From the NCBI GenBank assembly GCA_964016885.1, contig OZ024741.1:102610001-102674000 (forward strand): a DNA stretch of 64,000 bases, in the 5' to 3' direction. This document shows, one piece after another, positions 13,698-27,584 of this stretch. The notes under the pieces are model-generated. The model saw only the letters and a list, made by a program, of their open reading frames with translations, ran no database searches and was not told the origin of the DNA. Positions within the stretch are counted from its first letter, which is position 1. Each line of letters opens with the position of its first letter. The stretch comes from Eledone cirrhosa. Taxonomy: Eukaryota. The translations under genes and the position numbers were made by a program.

Positions 13698-15149
13698 ATG
13701 GAGCGAAAACACCGCCACAAAGACACCAACACACAATTTCAACACTTCATGACAACGATACACACTATATGCAAAATATTTGTCCCGGAGAAAAAGGCAA
13801 ACAAACACAAAAATCTTATTCCCAGAAATAGGAAAATCCTTATGAGACGTAGAACCAAGCTCTCAAACCAGCTGAATGAACAACAAGAAAACAAAAACAA
13901 TAAGGAATCCTACTTTAAACGTGCACTACTTGACACCGAGATTACACTCAAGCGTTCCCATGAAAATGAGAGGGCAAAGAAAGAAAGTAGGGCCATAGAA
14001 AAAATTAGAACAAACCCTAGAGCCTTCTTTAAATTTGCAAAAGAAACTGCCTCGGTACACTGCAAGATTGGGCCACTCTTCCATACAGACGGTTCATTAA
14101 CCGAGAATCCCAAAGAGATATGTGAAATACTGAACGAACGGTACAAAAGTGTGTTCACATGTCCACTGAGGCACATGCAAATAACAAAGCCAGAGGAGTT
14201 CTTTGATGCCACAACGCTACATGAAGAAATGGCGACCATCAACCACATAGACATAACGGAGGAGGATATGGTATACGCCATAGATGAAATTATAACAGAC
14301 TTAGCTGCTGGACCTGATGGATTACCAGCAGTCCTCCTAAAATCATATAAGCGGGCCTTAGCAACTCCACTGAAGATGCTCTTCAGAAGCATCTTGGCTA
14401 GCAGTATACTACCCAGGGAGCTGAATGTCGGCACAATATGCCCTATCCATAAAGGAGGTAGCAGAGCGGAGGCCAAAAACTATAGGCCAGTCTCCCTGAC
14501 GTCGCATATCAGTAAGGTCATGGAGCGTGTCGTCAGAAAGAAACTGATCACCTTCCTCGAGGAAAATGACCGCCTGACTAGCACGGAGCATGGCTTCCGC
14601 CCAGTAAGAAGCTGCCTTACACAGCTGCTACATCACTACAACTGGGTTCTGAAACAATTGCTAGACAGCTCACATGTGGACGTGATATATCTTGACTTTG
14701 CGAAGGCCTTTAACAAGGTCGACCACGGAATGATATGTCACACACTACACGGACTTGGCATAACTGGAAAAGTAGGTGAGTGGCTGCATGACTTCTTAAA
14801 GGACAGAAGCCAGACAGTCGCAGCAAACGGGGCCCTCTCAAAGGAAACATTAATAACAAGCGGGGTGCCCCAAGAGACAGTCCTGGAACCACTACTGTTT
14901 TTGGTGGCTCTCTCAGACATGCCCTCTGTAGTACATACAACAACATCCCTCACTAGCTATGCTGATGACACTAAGGTAGCACAGGCAATCAAAAACCCAG
15001 CTGACGCTTCCCTTTTACAACAAGATCTGGATGCCATATACAAATGGGCGGAAGAAAACTATATGCAGTTTAATGCTGGCAAATTCCAAGCCCTACAATA
15101 CAAACCTGCAAACACAAATACAGTAAAACACAGTTACGCAGGACCATGA
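13698..15149 (+). pseudogene. LINE ORF2 reverse transcriptase segment
   Basis: 483-aa ORF with YLDFAKAF, SGVPQ and YADD; begins after a frameshift and ends at a premature stop. Confidence 0.9.
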
Positions 15150-15947
15150 GGGACCACCGATATCCCCGTATCAAAATCGATACGAGACCTGGGTATAGAC
15201 ATGAGCTATGATACATCTTTTTCTTCACACATCATGAAGGTGGCGACAATGTGCAAGACGACACGCTGGCTGGATCTTGAGGACTTTCCGGACAAGAGAC
15301 CGAGACACCATGTTGACACTATGGAGGATATTTGTCCTAAGCCACCTGGTCTATTGCTCTCAGTTGTGGTAACCCCATAGTCTCAAACTAACCACGGAGC
15401 TTGAGGCAATCCAGCGAAGCTACACCAAGAGGATTGCCACGATGAAGGAGATAAGCTAATGGGAGAGGCTAAAAGAACTGAACCTCTACTCCTTGGAATG
15501 AAGACGGGAGAGTTACGCAGTGATGTACATGTGGGAAATCCTGGAGGGACTAGCACCAAACTTTGGCATTGGGAGCTGAACCAACCGTTGAACAAGACGT
15601 CACTGTGTGGTGCCAAAGGTTCCGTCTTCCACATCTAGAATAAGGAGCAGATATTGCAATAGCCTGGGATTCAAGGGCCCCCAACTCTTCAACAAGCTGG
15701 CGAGGGATCTGAGAGATTTGCATGGTGTGGAAGTGTATGTCTTCAAGAAACATCTCGAAACCTTGCTATCCAGGATCCCGGATGAGCCCACAGCAAGGCA
15801 CGAGGGAAACCTAAGGGCAGCAGCAACAAACTCCCTCTTACACCAGTGGCCAACCAATACAGGCTGGAGAAAAAATGTGTAGCAACAAGGGCGGTGCCCC
15901 AGCATGGCCTCAGTTGGATGGCTGGAACAGGTAAAAGAGTAAAAGAG

Positions 15948-15990
<43 letters not shown>

Positions 15991-15994
<4 letters not shown>

Positions 15995-16459
15995 GGAATA
16001 GAATGAAACGAAATTTCATTTCTCACTCTTAGTACGGCACTTACTTAAATGTAAGTATGTATGTATACGTACATACATATATGTATACAGACGTACAGTA
16101 GCATGCATATATATACATACAGGCACACATATATATATGCACGTATCAGTTTACCGAACATTTATTATAATGCTCGGTTTGTTCGTTTGTAAACAAACAA
16201 ACAGCCTGAATTACGCCGTACAGTGTTAAGGCAACCACGTCACCTTTTTGTTCAACACTGACACAGGAACGATGTACTAGTTTCAAGCTTATTAGCTATC
16301 GTCAGCACCGTATACCTTTCTGCCAGATGGTTGAACGTCCGAAAGTATATACTTTCCTTATGAAAATTAACGGCTGAGCAGCCTAATTTGCATATCGAGT
16401 GAGTTCAGTCGGCCAGGCGCACCGAAAACGATAAATGGAATAGAATGAAACGAAATTTC
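15991..16459 (-). mobile_element. ~442-bp HHR-containing tandem unit (retrozyme-like family A)
   Basis: aaatggaatagaatgaaacgaaatttc at 15991 and 16433 defines the period; no ORF; HHR inside. Confidence 0.8.
16270..16310 (-). ncRNA. Type I HHR, family A
   Basis: cggtg CTGACGA tagc-taataa-gctt GAAA ctag TA catcg. Confidence 0.85.
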
Positions 16460-16785
16460 GTTTACAAACGAACAAACCGAGCATTAGAATAAATGTTCGG
16501 TAAACTGATACGTGCATATATATATGTGTGCCTGTATGTATATATATACATGCTACTGTACGTCTGTATACATATATGTATGTACGTATACATACATACT
16601 TACATTTAAGTAAGTGCCGTACTAAGAGTGAGAAATGAAATTTCGTTTCATTCTATTCCATTTATCGTTTTCGGTGCGCCTGGCCGACTGAATTCACTCG
16701 ATATGCAAATTAGGCTGCTCAGCCGTTAATTTTCATAAGGAAAGTATATACTTTCGGACGTTCAACCATCTGGCAGGAAGGTATA

Positions 16786-16826
16786 CGATGCTGACGATAG
16801 CTAATAAGCTTGAAACTACTACATCG
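16786..16826 (+). ncRNA. Type I HHR, family A (stem III mismatch)
   Basis: cgatg CTGACGA tagctaataagctt GAAA ctacta catcg. Confidence 0.75.
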
Positions 16827-17344
16827 TTCCTGTGTCAGTGTTGAACAAAAAGGTGACGTGGTTGCCTAAACACTGTGCGCCGTAATTCAGGCTGTTTGTT
16901 TGTTTACAAACGAACAAACCGAGCATTATAATAAATGTTCGGTAAACTGATACGTGCATATATATATGTGTGCCTGTATGTATATATATACATGCTACTG
17001 TACGTCTGTATACATATATGTATGTACGTATACATACATACTTATATATATATATGTATATACTCTTTTACTCTTTTACTCTTTTACCTGTTCCAGCCAT
17101 CCAGCTGAGGACATGCTGGGGCACCGCCCTTGTTGCTACACATTTTTTCTCCAGCCTGTACCCTTGTATTCTTTTTCTCCCTTATCTCCCCTTATATTTC
17201 ACCTTTTCCTATGTCTCCCCCCCCCCCCATATATTCTTTTTGCCTTACCCTTCACATACCAAAATGTATGTGTATGTATGTGTATGTGTGTATATATATT
17301 TTTATATATATGTGTGTATATGTAGATAGACCAGGTTTTTTTTT

Positions 17345-17399
17345 CATTCTGATGATTGAAGGAAACATTTTTTTGCTTTTAAGAAACCACTGGTGAATG
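17345..17399 (+). ncRNA. Type I HHR, family B (GUG triplet, likely inactive)
   Basis: catt CTGATGA ttgaagg..cttttaa GAAA ccactgg TG aatg. Confidence 0.65.
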
Positions 17400-17498
17400 G
17401 AATAATTGCCTTATGTTGTTTATTACATTACTATATATATGTATATGTATATTTTGGAGTTATATAAGGTTCTTATGAATTATCTAAGATTGAGTTTT

Positions 17499-17544
<46 letters not shown>

Positions 17545-17657
17545 TTGTATGTGTGTGTGTGTGTTTGTATTTGGTTGTGCGTGTTTGTGATATGTACGTA
17601 TTTGTATGCGTATAATTGTATAGCTATGTATGTATGTGTGTGTGTATGTATATATAT

Positions 17658-18113
17658 GGTGGCTGCCAACTCGTTTTCGAGTACGGCCACTACTTTATAT
17701 CCATGTAGGAGAACCCCTACCGATGCGCTGAACGAATGTGACTTTTTAGTCCAGCCAGCGACTTGAAAACTCTGGCACAAAGACTACACTTGTGACCATC
17801 ATTGACACATAGTGCAGGGCCCATGGTACCATGTGATGACAAGTGCAGAGAGATCTCCAGATATAAAGCAATGCCTGTGCTGTGAAGCTTTTATAGTGAG
17901 CAAAGGCACTGCACAAAGCCAGTCCCACTCTCTTAACCAAGATGATATTTACCAAAAAGAAGAACAAGTCAACATCATTGGATACCATCAGGGTTGCAGG
18001 TGTTATATCAGAGTTTTCCTTCTCCTAGAATTCTGCCTTGACAAAGGCTAAGGGGTCATCTCTCCCAGTGATTTTGGATGGCTATTGACTCTTAAGAGCT
18101 CCCTTGCCCTTTG
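17658..18113 (-). mobile_element. Non-autonomous RTE-derived element, partial
   Basis: Reverse complement of ~29398-29853. Confidence 0.75.
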
Positions 18114-18971
18114 TATATGTATGTATATGTATATGTATGTGTATGTGTATATATGTATGTATATGTATGTATATGTATATGTATGTGTATGTGTATATAT
18201 GTATGTATATGTATATGTGTGTATATATATATGTATATGTGTATGTATATGTAGGTGTATATATGTATGTATATATATGTATGTATGTATGTGTATATAT
18301 GTATGTATATGTATATGTATGTATGTGTGTATGTATGTATATGTATGTATGTATATATATATGTGTATGTATAAAATATGTATATGTATATGTGTATGTA
18401 TATGTATATGTATGTATGTGTATATGTATGTATATGTATGTATGTATATGTATGTATGTATGTATAAAATATGTATATATGTATATGTATGTATATGTAT
18501 GTATATATGTGTATGTATGTATGTGTGTGTGTATATGTATATATATATGTATGTATATGTATGTGTATATATGTATATGTGTATGTATATATATGTGTAT
18601 ATATGTGTATATGTATGTATATGTATATATATGTATGTGTGTATATGTGTATATATGTATATGTGTATATATGTGTGTATATGTGTATGTATGTGTGTAT
18701 ATATGTATATGTATGTATGTGTGTATATGTGTATATATATGTATATATATATATATATGTATGTATATGTATGTGTATGTATGTGTATGTGCATATATGT
18801 GTATATGTATGTATGTGTGTGTGTATATATGTGTACATGTATGTATATATATGTGTATGTATGTGTATATGTATGTATATGTATGTATATGTATATGTAT
18901 GTATATATATGTATATGTATGTATGTATGTATGTGTATGTATGTATATGTATGTATGTATGTGTATGTATG

Positions 18972-19002
<31 letters not shown>

Positions 19003-19271
19003 GTATGTATGTATGTATGTATATATATGTATGTATGTATGTATATATATGTATATATGTGTGTATGTATGTATATATGTATGTATGTATATGTGTATAT
19101 GTATGTGTGTGTATATATGTATGTATATGTGTATGTATGTGTATGTGTGTATGTATATATATATATGTATGTATGTGTATGTGTATGTGTATATATGTAT
19201 GTATATATATATATGTATCTGTATATACGTGTGTATGTATGTGTATATATGTATGTATGTGTATATGAATA
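18114..19271. repeat. ~1.15-kb compound (TATG/TG/TA)n microsatellite
   Basis: Direct; source of the long spurious ORFs. Confidence 0.97.
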
Positions 19272-19580
19272 TGTAAATATCATCTTGGTAAATATCATCT
19301 TGGTTAAGAGAGTGGGACTGGCTTTGTGCAGTGCCTTTGCTCACTATAAAAGCTTCACGGCACGGGCATTGCTTTGTATCTGGAGATCTCTCTGCACTTG
19401 TCGTCACATGGTACCAAAGGCAAAGCACTATGTGTCAATAATTGTCACAAGTGTAGCGTTTGTAACAGTTTTCAAGTCGCTGGCTGGACTAAAAAGTCAC
19501 ACTCGTTCAGTGCATCGGTAGGGGTTCTCCTACATGGATATAAAGTAGTGGCCGTACTCGAAAACGAGTTGGCAGCCACC
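19272..19580 (+). mobile_element. 3' part of the same RTE-derived element, inverted relative to 17658
   Basis: Matches 29558-29853; ends ggcagccacc followed by TA. Confidence 0.75.
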
Positions 19581-19583
19581 ATG

Positions 19584-19684
<101 letters not shown>

Positions 19685-20340
19685 ATATGTGTGTGTATAT
19701 ATGTATATGTGTGTGTGTGTCTGTGTGTTTGTGTATGTATTTGTGTATGCGTATGTATGTGTTTATGTATTTGTATATGTATATTTATGTGTGCGAGTGT
19801 GTATGTATTTACTTTTTCGTACGTATGTGTATGTGTATTTGTGTGTATTGCTTACCACGCGTGTCTGTTCATCTATTCGTCGTTTGTATCGCTGTCAACT
19901 GTCTTTATGATTTTATTTTTTATATATATATTTTTTTTCTTATATTTATTTGCGTGTGTGAATATGTAGAGGTGTGTGTATATATATTTTTCTAATTTTG
20001 TACATGCATATGTATGCATTTATGTATGTGTATGTATGTACGTGTGTATATAGGTATGATTGTGTGCATGTATGTATGTATATGTATATGTGTATGGCTA
20101 TGTATGTGTATGTGTATGCATATATATATATATATATATATATATTTAATATTGTATATATATATATATATGTTTATGTTTCTATATATATATGTGTGTA
20201 TATATGTGTGTGCGGTGGTATATATGTATGTGTATGTATGGATGTGTTGATATTTATGTGCGTATGTATGTGTATGTGTATGTGTGTATTTATATACACA
20301 TATATATGTGTATATGTGTGTGAGTATGTATGAGTGTATG

Positions 20341-20373
<33 letters not shown>

Positions 20374-20519
20374 ATGTATGCTTTTGTGTGTGTGTGTGTG
20401 TTTGCATGTGTGTTTTTATTTTATTTTTCCTTTCCTTCTTCTTTTTCCAGCCTCACTTTCATATAGATTGCATTTTTGTTTTTTAAAATCCAAATTTAAT
20501 AAACAGACCAGGATTTTTT

Positions 20520-20573
20520 CATTCTGATGATTGAAAGCAACATTTTTTGCTTTTAAGAAACCACTGGTAAATG
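20520..20573 (+). ncRNA. Type I HHR, family B (canonical)
   Basis: catt CTGATGA ttgaaagcaa..ttgcttttaa GAAA cc-act-gg TA aatg; GUA triplet. Confidence 0.85.
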
Positions 20574-20616
20574 GAATAATTGCCTTATGTTGTTTATTAC
20601 ATAACTATATATATAT

Positions 20617-20714
<98 letters not shown>

Positions 20715-20715
<1 letters not shown>

Positions 20716-23199
20716 TAGCAGATTTACCCGGCGTTGCTCGGGGTTTGAAATTATGCTAAGAATATACAGCTAGGAAGTAAAAGAACATTATTTGTCCCCA
20801 ACCTGTCAAAATAAGCAGAAGTCTTCAATAATTAATTCAAACGAATATTTAGTGCAATCTTTGTACACATAAAACTATGCTGATAATGAAGGAAAACACT
20901 GAACAGGATGTAGTTATACAAATGATTAAAGACAATACACGTAGCAAATCTGTAAAAAAAACAGGCAGTTTTGCTAAAGTACAAGAAGTTGTAATGAAAG
21001 CAGAGTTGTATACAAACAAAAAAAAACAATGAGAGTAGAATTAAAGAAAATCTATTCTTTGAAAGCATCCTTTGCTGTGTATGGTTAAATTTTTAACTTA
21101 TAATCCAAAATATCCTGCATGACATATTTATTGTTATGTTTTGTAATGAGTAAGGTGAAGTCAAAGCAGAGCTATAATAAGTTTTTTTTGTTAACACTAG
21201 AGCACTTCAGGATACATGATATTCTTTGTTTTTCTTTTCAGAACAAACGCAAAGAGATTATCTAGACTGCCAACTCGTGAGCAGGCAACGTAGAATTGTC
21301 CGTGCGAAAAGCAAGGTTCATCCAAGTGAATTCCAGCGACGGACAGAGTTTGACCTTGCGACTTGTTTATGGACATCGCAAAGGCAACACGAAGGGGAAA
21401 TTGGGTTCGGCGAAAGGAGAATGGAGTATCCACGCCTGATGTAGTCAGGCTAATTTTTGTTATTATCACATCCTCGCCCTTTCCACATCCGGATAGAACT
21501 AAGCGGAGACACCTTTTTAATCACAAGGCGTGTACCATTGCATAGTTTTGGAGGAGTGATATTTCTCAGCAAAATAACTGGTGTTCCCTCTTTCAGAACC
21601 AATGTATTAGGAGGTAAACCAGGAGGATTTAAAAAATTTAGAAATTCAACGGGATAATTGACCGCATCCTGTGGATCACATACAGTATCAAAAGATTTAT
21701 ATATCCGTGGACATCCAGGAAGAAGCTAAAGAAGCTGATCGTTAATACAGCTAACCGTGATATTTTGGGGTGCAAGAATGGCTCTTTTGCTCAGCCAATC
21801 AAAATTCGTATAGTTATCACCCAAGTTCGGGAATACACTCGCCTTGAGATCATCGACAGTTTCAACTACACTGCAGATGTGATCAATTGCTATGTGTCCA
21901 TCTGTATCCGGAGGTAGGTTACCATCTCCTATTGTAAGAATGACTCCAGAAAATGTTGATGACAGAGGGTCCCCATGCAACCTTGCACGCATGTTGGTAG
22001 TTAGTCTTAATGATGTCACTTGTCGCCACAATGGTGAAGACTTAAGACATGCATTTACCGCATCTGCTCTTGTTCCTTTCGGTATTATAGGAAGAGTCTG
22101 TCTGAAGTCTCCTGATAGCAGAAGGGTGACACCCCCATAGCATCACTGCAATCCCGTATGTCTTTCAAAGACCTGTATAGTGCCTCAAGAGCACCTTTGT
22201 CCGCCATTGTGCACTCATCCCAAACAATAAGGTGACACCTTCGCAGCAGATGAGCCCTTTCGGAGTCTTTGATGATATGACAAGTAGGAGTTCATTACGC
22301 GCACAGCATCTTTCATATTTTTGTACTGTCTCTGCAGATCTTGCTGCAGCAGTATCTGTAGCATCCATAGCAAGGCGTGTTTCACGTTGCTCTGTAGTCT
22401 CAGCAGCTCGTGCCACAGCAGTTGCTTTAGCATTATTGGTTCGCCGCACTAACCGACGTTCAGCGGCGGACAAAGATGTTGCAATAACTACTCACTGCAT
22501 TTAGTGATTGTCTATTTTCGGTTATCGGCGGAGCGTCATTTACACGCATTGTTTTCTTCGACCAAGAGCCAATATGTGCATACTTTCTTCTGTATGATTG
22601 GAGCGTTACAGTTAACTTTGAAAGTGCAACAACATTTTTTTTTGTATCAACTTGGCTCATGAAAGTTTTAAAAATGTAAAAGTTGTAGGTCCCAATGGTT
22701 TGAATGGAAAGTCCCATAATTTTTATTCTAAAAATAAACAAACCATCATCAAAATCTCGTCAATTCGAGACTGCTGCGAGATTAGGCACTTAACGCGAAA
22801 ATTAACACTTAATATAGTGAAACAAGTTAAAACAACAAGTGTTTTTTTTTACTTTGAAAGTGCAACAAAGAATAAACAAGAAACAAACGATAATATTAGT
22901 GATTTATCTTCAAATGAATGTGATGTTTATATTTCTGAAAAGTTGGTAATCTCCCTTTTTTATAAGGATTGTCAATAAAGTTGGTTATCTCCCTTTCATC
23001 AATTTTGCTACCGATAATTTTCATATTGATTTTTTATTGCTCAACGTGGGGCGATTTGAAAAATGTCTCTGATGTCACAATATTAGCGACCTGAGCAACG
23101 TGCACAGAAAATTTGGTCAAATTCAGTTGGTAATTCTAAAAGCCTTAAGTATGCAAAGTTGTACACAGACAGACACACACCTCGCTTTTATATATATAA

Positions 23200-23202
<3 letters not shown>
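20715..23202 (-). mobile_element. Internally deleted Helitron with both termini
   Basis: 5' TCtttatatatataaaag (23202); 3' hairpin cccgagcaacgccggg then CTAG (20715); inserted at A/T within (TA)n. Pif1 helicase remnants WDEC, SGDFRQ, LTTNMR, ILAP, QFPLRVAFAMSINKSQGQTL, FSHGQFYVACSRV. No Rep domain visible. Confidence 0.92.
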
Positions 23203-23235
<33 letters not shown>

Positions 23236-23380
23236 ATACTTTGGGAGGGTCATGTTGCCAATAAGAAACACACGCACCAGTTGCTTTCACTTCAATTTAT
23301 TATAATAAATTTATAAATTTAGGAATTTATAAATTTTCGGTTTGTTGGTTGGTTCCACAACAGATGGTTGTTTATATATT

Positions 23381-23423
23381 GTCAAAGTTCTTTCGTCACA
23401 CATTCTGTGACCTCTTCAGTGAC
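23381..23423 (-). ncRNA. Type I HHR, family C
   Basis: gtca CTGAAGA g gtcaca-gaatg-tgtgac GAAA gaactt tgac. Confidence 0.75.
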
Positions 23424-23827
23424 TGGGGATTCTTTCCTTTGTTTTTGTGCCTCTCCTTTGTTCTGTCCTACGCCATCTTGTTTCTGTGTGTGTGTTGTGT
23501 GCTCAGTCTGCGCATGCGCCGCACGCGGATGTCTGTGTATGTTTATATTCGTTTATTTATTTGTTTATTTACATGTTACTGGTTGGTTGTTTGTTCTATG
23601 TGCGTGTGTGTTTTCATTTTGTCCTTAATTGTATGTTGTGATGTTGCTGTTCCACTCATGTTTTCTATTTAATTTTGGTTGTAATTCTTTTATGTTTATT
23701 GCCTCTGTGATTTGTCTAAACATTGCGTCTTTTAAAAGACTGCGCAGACTGAGCACACAACACACAGAAACAAGATAGCGTAGGACAGAACAAAGGAGAG
23801 GCACAAAAACAAAGGAAAGAATCCCCA

Positions 23828-23870
23828 GTCACTGAAGAGGTCACAGAATGTGTGACAAAAGAACTTTGAC
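23828..23870 (+). ncRNA. HHR family C, decayed (GAAA to AAAA)
   Basis: Same fold as 23381 with a CpG-type transition at G12. Confidence 0.55.
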
Positions 23871-24083
23871 AATATATAAACAACCATCTGGTTGTGGAAC
23901 CAACCAACCAACCAACCAACGGGAAACTTATAAATTCCTAAATTTATAAATTTATTATAATAAATTGAAGTGAAAGCTCTGGTGCGTGTGTTTCTTATTG
24001 GCAACATGACCCTCCCAAAGTATAACATTATCGGTTTCAACATACGTTTTCAGATAAAGAATCTTGCTAAACAAATTCAGAAA

Positions 24084-24143
<60 letters not shown>

Positions 24144-24179
24144 ATAATAATAAAATTGAAGACTAAAATATATATATAA

Positions 24180-24356
24180 AGATGAAATCGAAAATGCAAC
24201 TGGAGTCTTATTTTAAAAAAAATATATTATATTATATTATATCATTTAAAAAAAATAAGACTCCAGTTGCATTTTCGATTTCATCTTTTTTTCTTTATAC
24301 TTTCACTCGTGTAGGACACCTCGGTTATTATTCATTTTGTAAAAAAAGCTCACTTT

Positions 24357-24358
<2 letters not shown>
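24180..24358. repeat. Short hairpin copy of the family at 9475-9650 and 54500-54843
   Basis: gatgaaatcgaaaatgcaactggagtctta..taagactccagttgcattttcgatttcatc. Confidence 0.8.
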
Positions 24359-24427
<69 letters not shown>

Positions 24428-24449
24428 ACATGTATATACATGTATATAC

Positions 24450-24601
24450 TTTGATAGGTTTCGGCCATTATTGGCCCAGGCCATCTCTAACTTAACAGCA
24501 CCACCTGGCGAAGTCTTATACATCAGGATTTGGGCACCATGGGTCACCCGAGCAAAGAGTTATTGTTTACGGAGGCATATCCGGGTGTAGGAGGCTTATC
24601 C

Positions 24602-24605
<4 letters not shown>
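24450..24605 (-). mobile_element. 3' end of a CR1/L2-group LINE
   Basis: Encodes [17 protein letters not shown]; homologous to 59440-59600. Confidence 0.7.
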
Positions 24606-24666
<61 letters not shown>

Positions 24667-24687
24667 ATATGTATATATATATATATA

Positions 24688-24730
<43 letters not shown>

Positions 24731-24757
24731 ATATATATATATATATATATATATATA

Positions 24758-24822
<65 letters not shown>

Positions 24823-24846
24823 ATATGTATATATATATATATATAT

Positions 24847-25682
<836 letters not shown>

Positions 25683-25685
<3 letters not shown>

Positions 25686-25803
25686 TTGAAAAGAATGAAA
25701 ACGAAAAACGAAATTTCATTTCTCACTCTTAGTATGGCACTTACTTAAATGCAAGTATGTATGTATAGGTACATACATATATGTATACAGACGTACAGTA
25801 GCA

Positions 25804-25861
<58 letters not shown>

Positions 25862-26232
25862 CATGCAGGTACACATACATATATGCACGCATCAGTTTAG
25901 CAGATGCTTATTATAGCGCTGCTTTGTTCGTTTGTCAACAAACTGAACAGCCTGAATTTATGCCATACGGTGTTAAGGCAACCACGTCACCTTTTTGTTC
26001 AACACTGACACAGGAACGATGTACTAGTTTCAAGCTTGTTAGCTATCATCAGCACCGTTTACCCATCTGCCAGATAGTTGAACGTTCGAAAGTATATACT
26101 TTCCTTATGAAAATTAACGGCTGAGCAGCCTAATTTGCATATTGAGTGAGTTAAATCGGTCAGGCATACCGAAAACGATAAGTTGAAAAGAATGAAAACG
26201 AAAAACGAAATTTCATTTCTCACTCTTAGTAT
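25683..26232 (-). mobile_element. Retrozyme-like family A, ~1.1 units; HHR at 26017-26057
   Basis: Terminal direct repeat aagttgaaaagaatgaaaacg..cactcttagta; cggtg CTGATGA tagctaacaagctt GAAA ctagta catcg. Confidence 0.8.
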
Positions 26233-26599
26233 AGATAGAGAGGGGACAGACGAAAGCTATGGGGTGGGTGTACATTGGGTTCATAGTAGTAATCTGCGAA
26301 TTGCACTAAGTTTCCATTTATAGTGATAAGCAAGGTATTGTCTTGTAGTGTGGGGGAAGAGAAAGTTGTTAGCTAGAAAGCAATGTTATAGTTACGGGTT
26401 CGAATGTTAAGTTATTTTATAGTGAGAGAATTTAGCTTTCTGTTTGTGGTTGCAGTATAATGATCATTCGATTCTATCATTTAGTAATTTATTTTTGGAT
26501 TTTAAGATGTAAAAGAGTTCAAGGTTACATAACCTACAGTACTTCAATCCGATATGCACTAGCGCTGTAAAGTATATTCCATTCCAAGGTGAACTGTTG

Positions 26600-27185
26600 G
26601 TTGCACGTATCGGTTTACTGAACATTTATTATAATGCTCGTTTTTTTTGTTTGTAAACAAACAAACAGCCCGAATTCTCGCCAAATTTTATATATACATA
26701 CTACTGTACGTCTGTATACATACAGGTATGTACGTATACACACATACATACTTACATTTAAGTAAGTGCCGTACTAAGAGTGAGAAATGAAATTTCGTTT
26801 CATTCTATTCCATTTATCGTTTTCGGTGCGCCCAGCCGACTGAACTCACTCGATATGCAAATTAGGCTGCTCAGCCGTTAATATGCATGAGGAAAGTATA
26901 TACTTTCAGACGTTCAACCATCTGGCAGGAAGGTATACGATGCTGACGATAGCTAATAAGCTTGAAACTACTACATCGTTCCTGTGTCAGTGTTGAACCA
27001 AAAGGTGACGTGGTTGCCTAAACACTGTACGGCGTAAATCGGGCTGTTTGTTTGTTTACAAACAAACAAACCGAGCATTATAATAAATGTTCGGTAAACC
27101 GATATGTGCATATATATATATGTGTGCATGTATGTATATATATACATACTACTGTACGTCTGTATACATATATGTATGTACGCAT
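26600..27185 (+). mobile_element. Retrozyme-like family A, ~1.1 units with short inverted leader; HHR at 26938-26978
   Basis: tactactgtacgtctgtatacata recurs ~448 bp apart; 26600-26680 is an inverted piece of the unit. Confidence 0.8.
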
Positions 27186-27284
<99 letters not shown>

Positions 27285-27537
27285 ATTAAAAACCAGTATG
27301 ACTCTAAAAACCGGTTTGTCTGTGTGTTTACATACAGAATAGCTGGACACTCACAGTAAAGTGACCAGTTAAAAACTCGGTACATCTACATATGTATACG
27401 TGTGTGTATTCATATGCATACTAGTATTTCAGTATACATATGTGGATGTACATTTTTAACTTAATTGTTTAAGCGTCAGTCATGCAAAAGTGAGTTACAA
27501 ACGAAACGAAATTTAATTTCGTTTCGTTATTTGTTTT

Positions 27538-27569
<32 letters not shown>

Positions 27570-27584
27570 GATTTATATATATAT

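Larger units (their letters stand above)
12030..15950 (+). mobile_element. Near-full-length decayed CR1/L2-group LINE (ORF1 + APE-RT ORF2)
   Basis: APE motifs LLLNVR, LNETHL, RSDR..GGVALY, LLGDFN, PTRGENVLDL, SDHN; RT motifs GPDG, NYRPVSLTS, YLDFAKAF, SGVPQ, YADD; several stops and frameshifts; (GTAAAAGA)n tail. 5' boundary approximate. Confidence 0.9.
15858..17160. repeat. ~1.3-kb imperfect palindrome: LINE tail + HHR tandem unit + inverted copies
   Basis: LINE 3' end 15858-15950 reappears reverse-complemented at 17060-17160; the interior is the 440-bp unit in both orientations. Confidence 0.9.
23231..24027. repeat. Fold-back element with ~280-bp inverted arms, each with an HHR (family C)
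   Basis: 23231-23512 mirrors 23740-24027. Confidence 0.9.

Noticed and set aside
18048-19521. Long ORFs (390-478 aa) rich in Y/I/H/T or C/M/V/Y
   Set aside because: Translations of stop-free microsatellite; the same applies to all YI, CV, ER and SL ORFs in the track.
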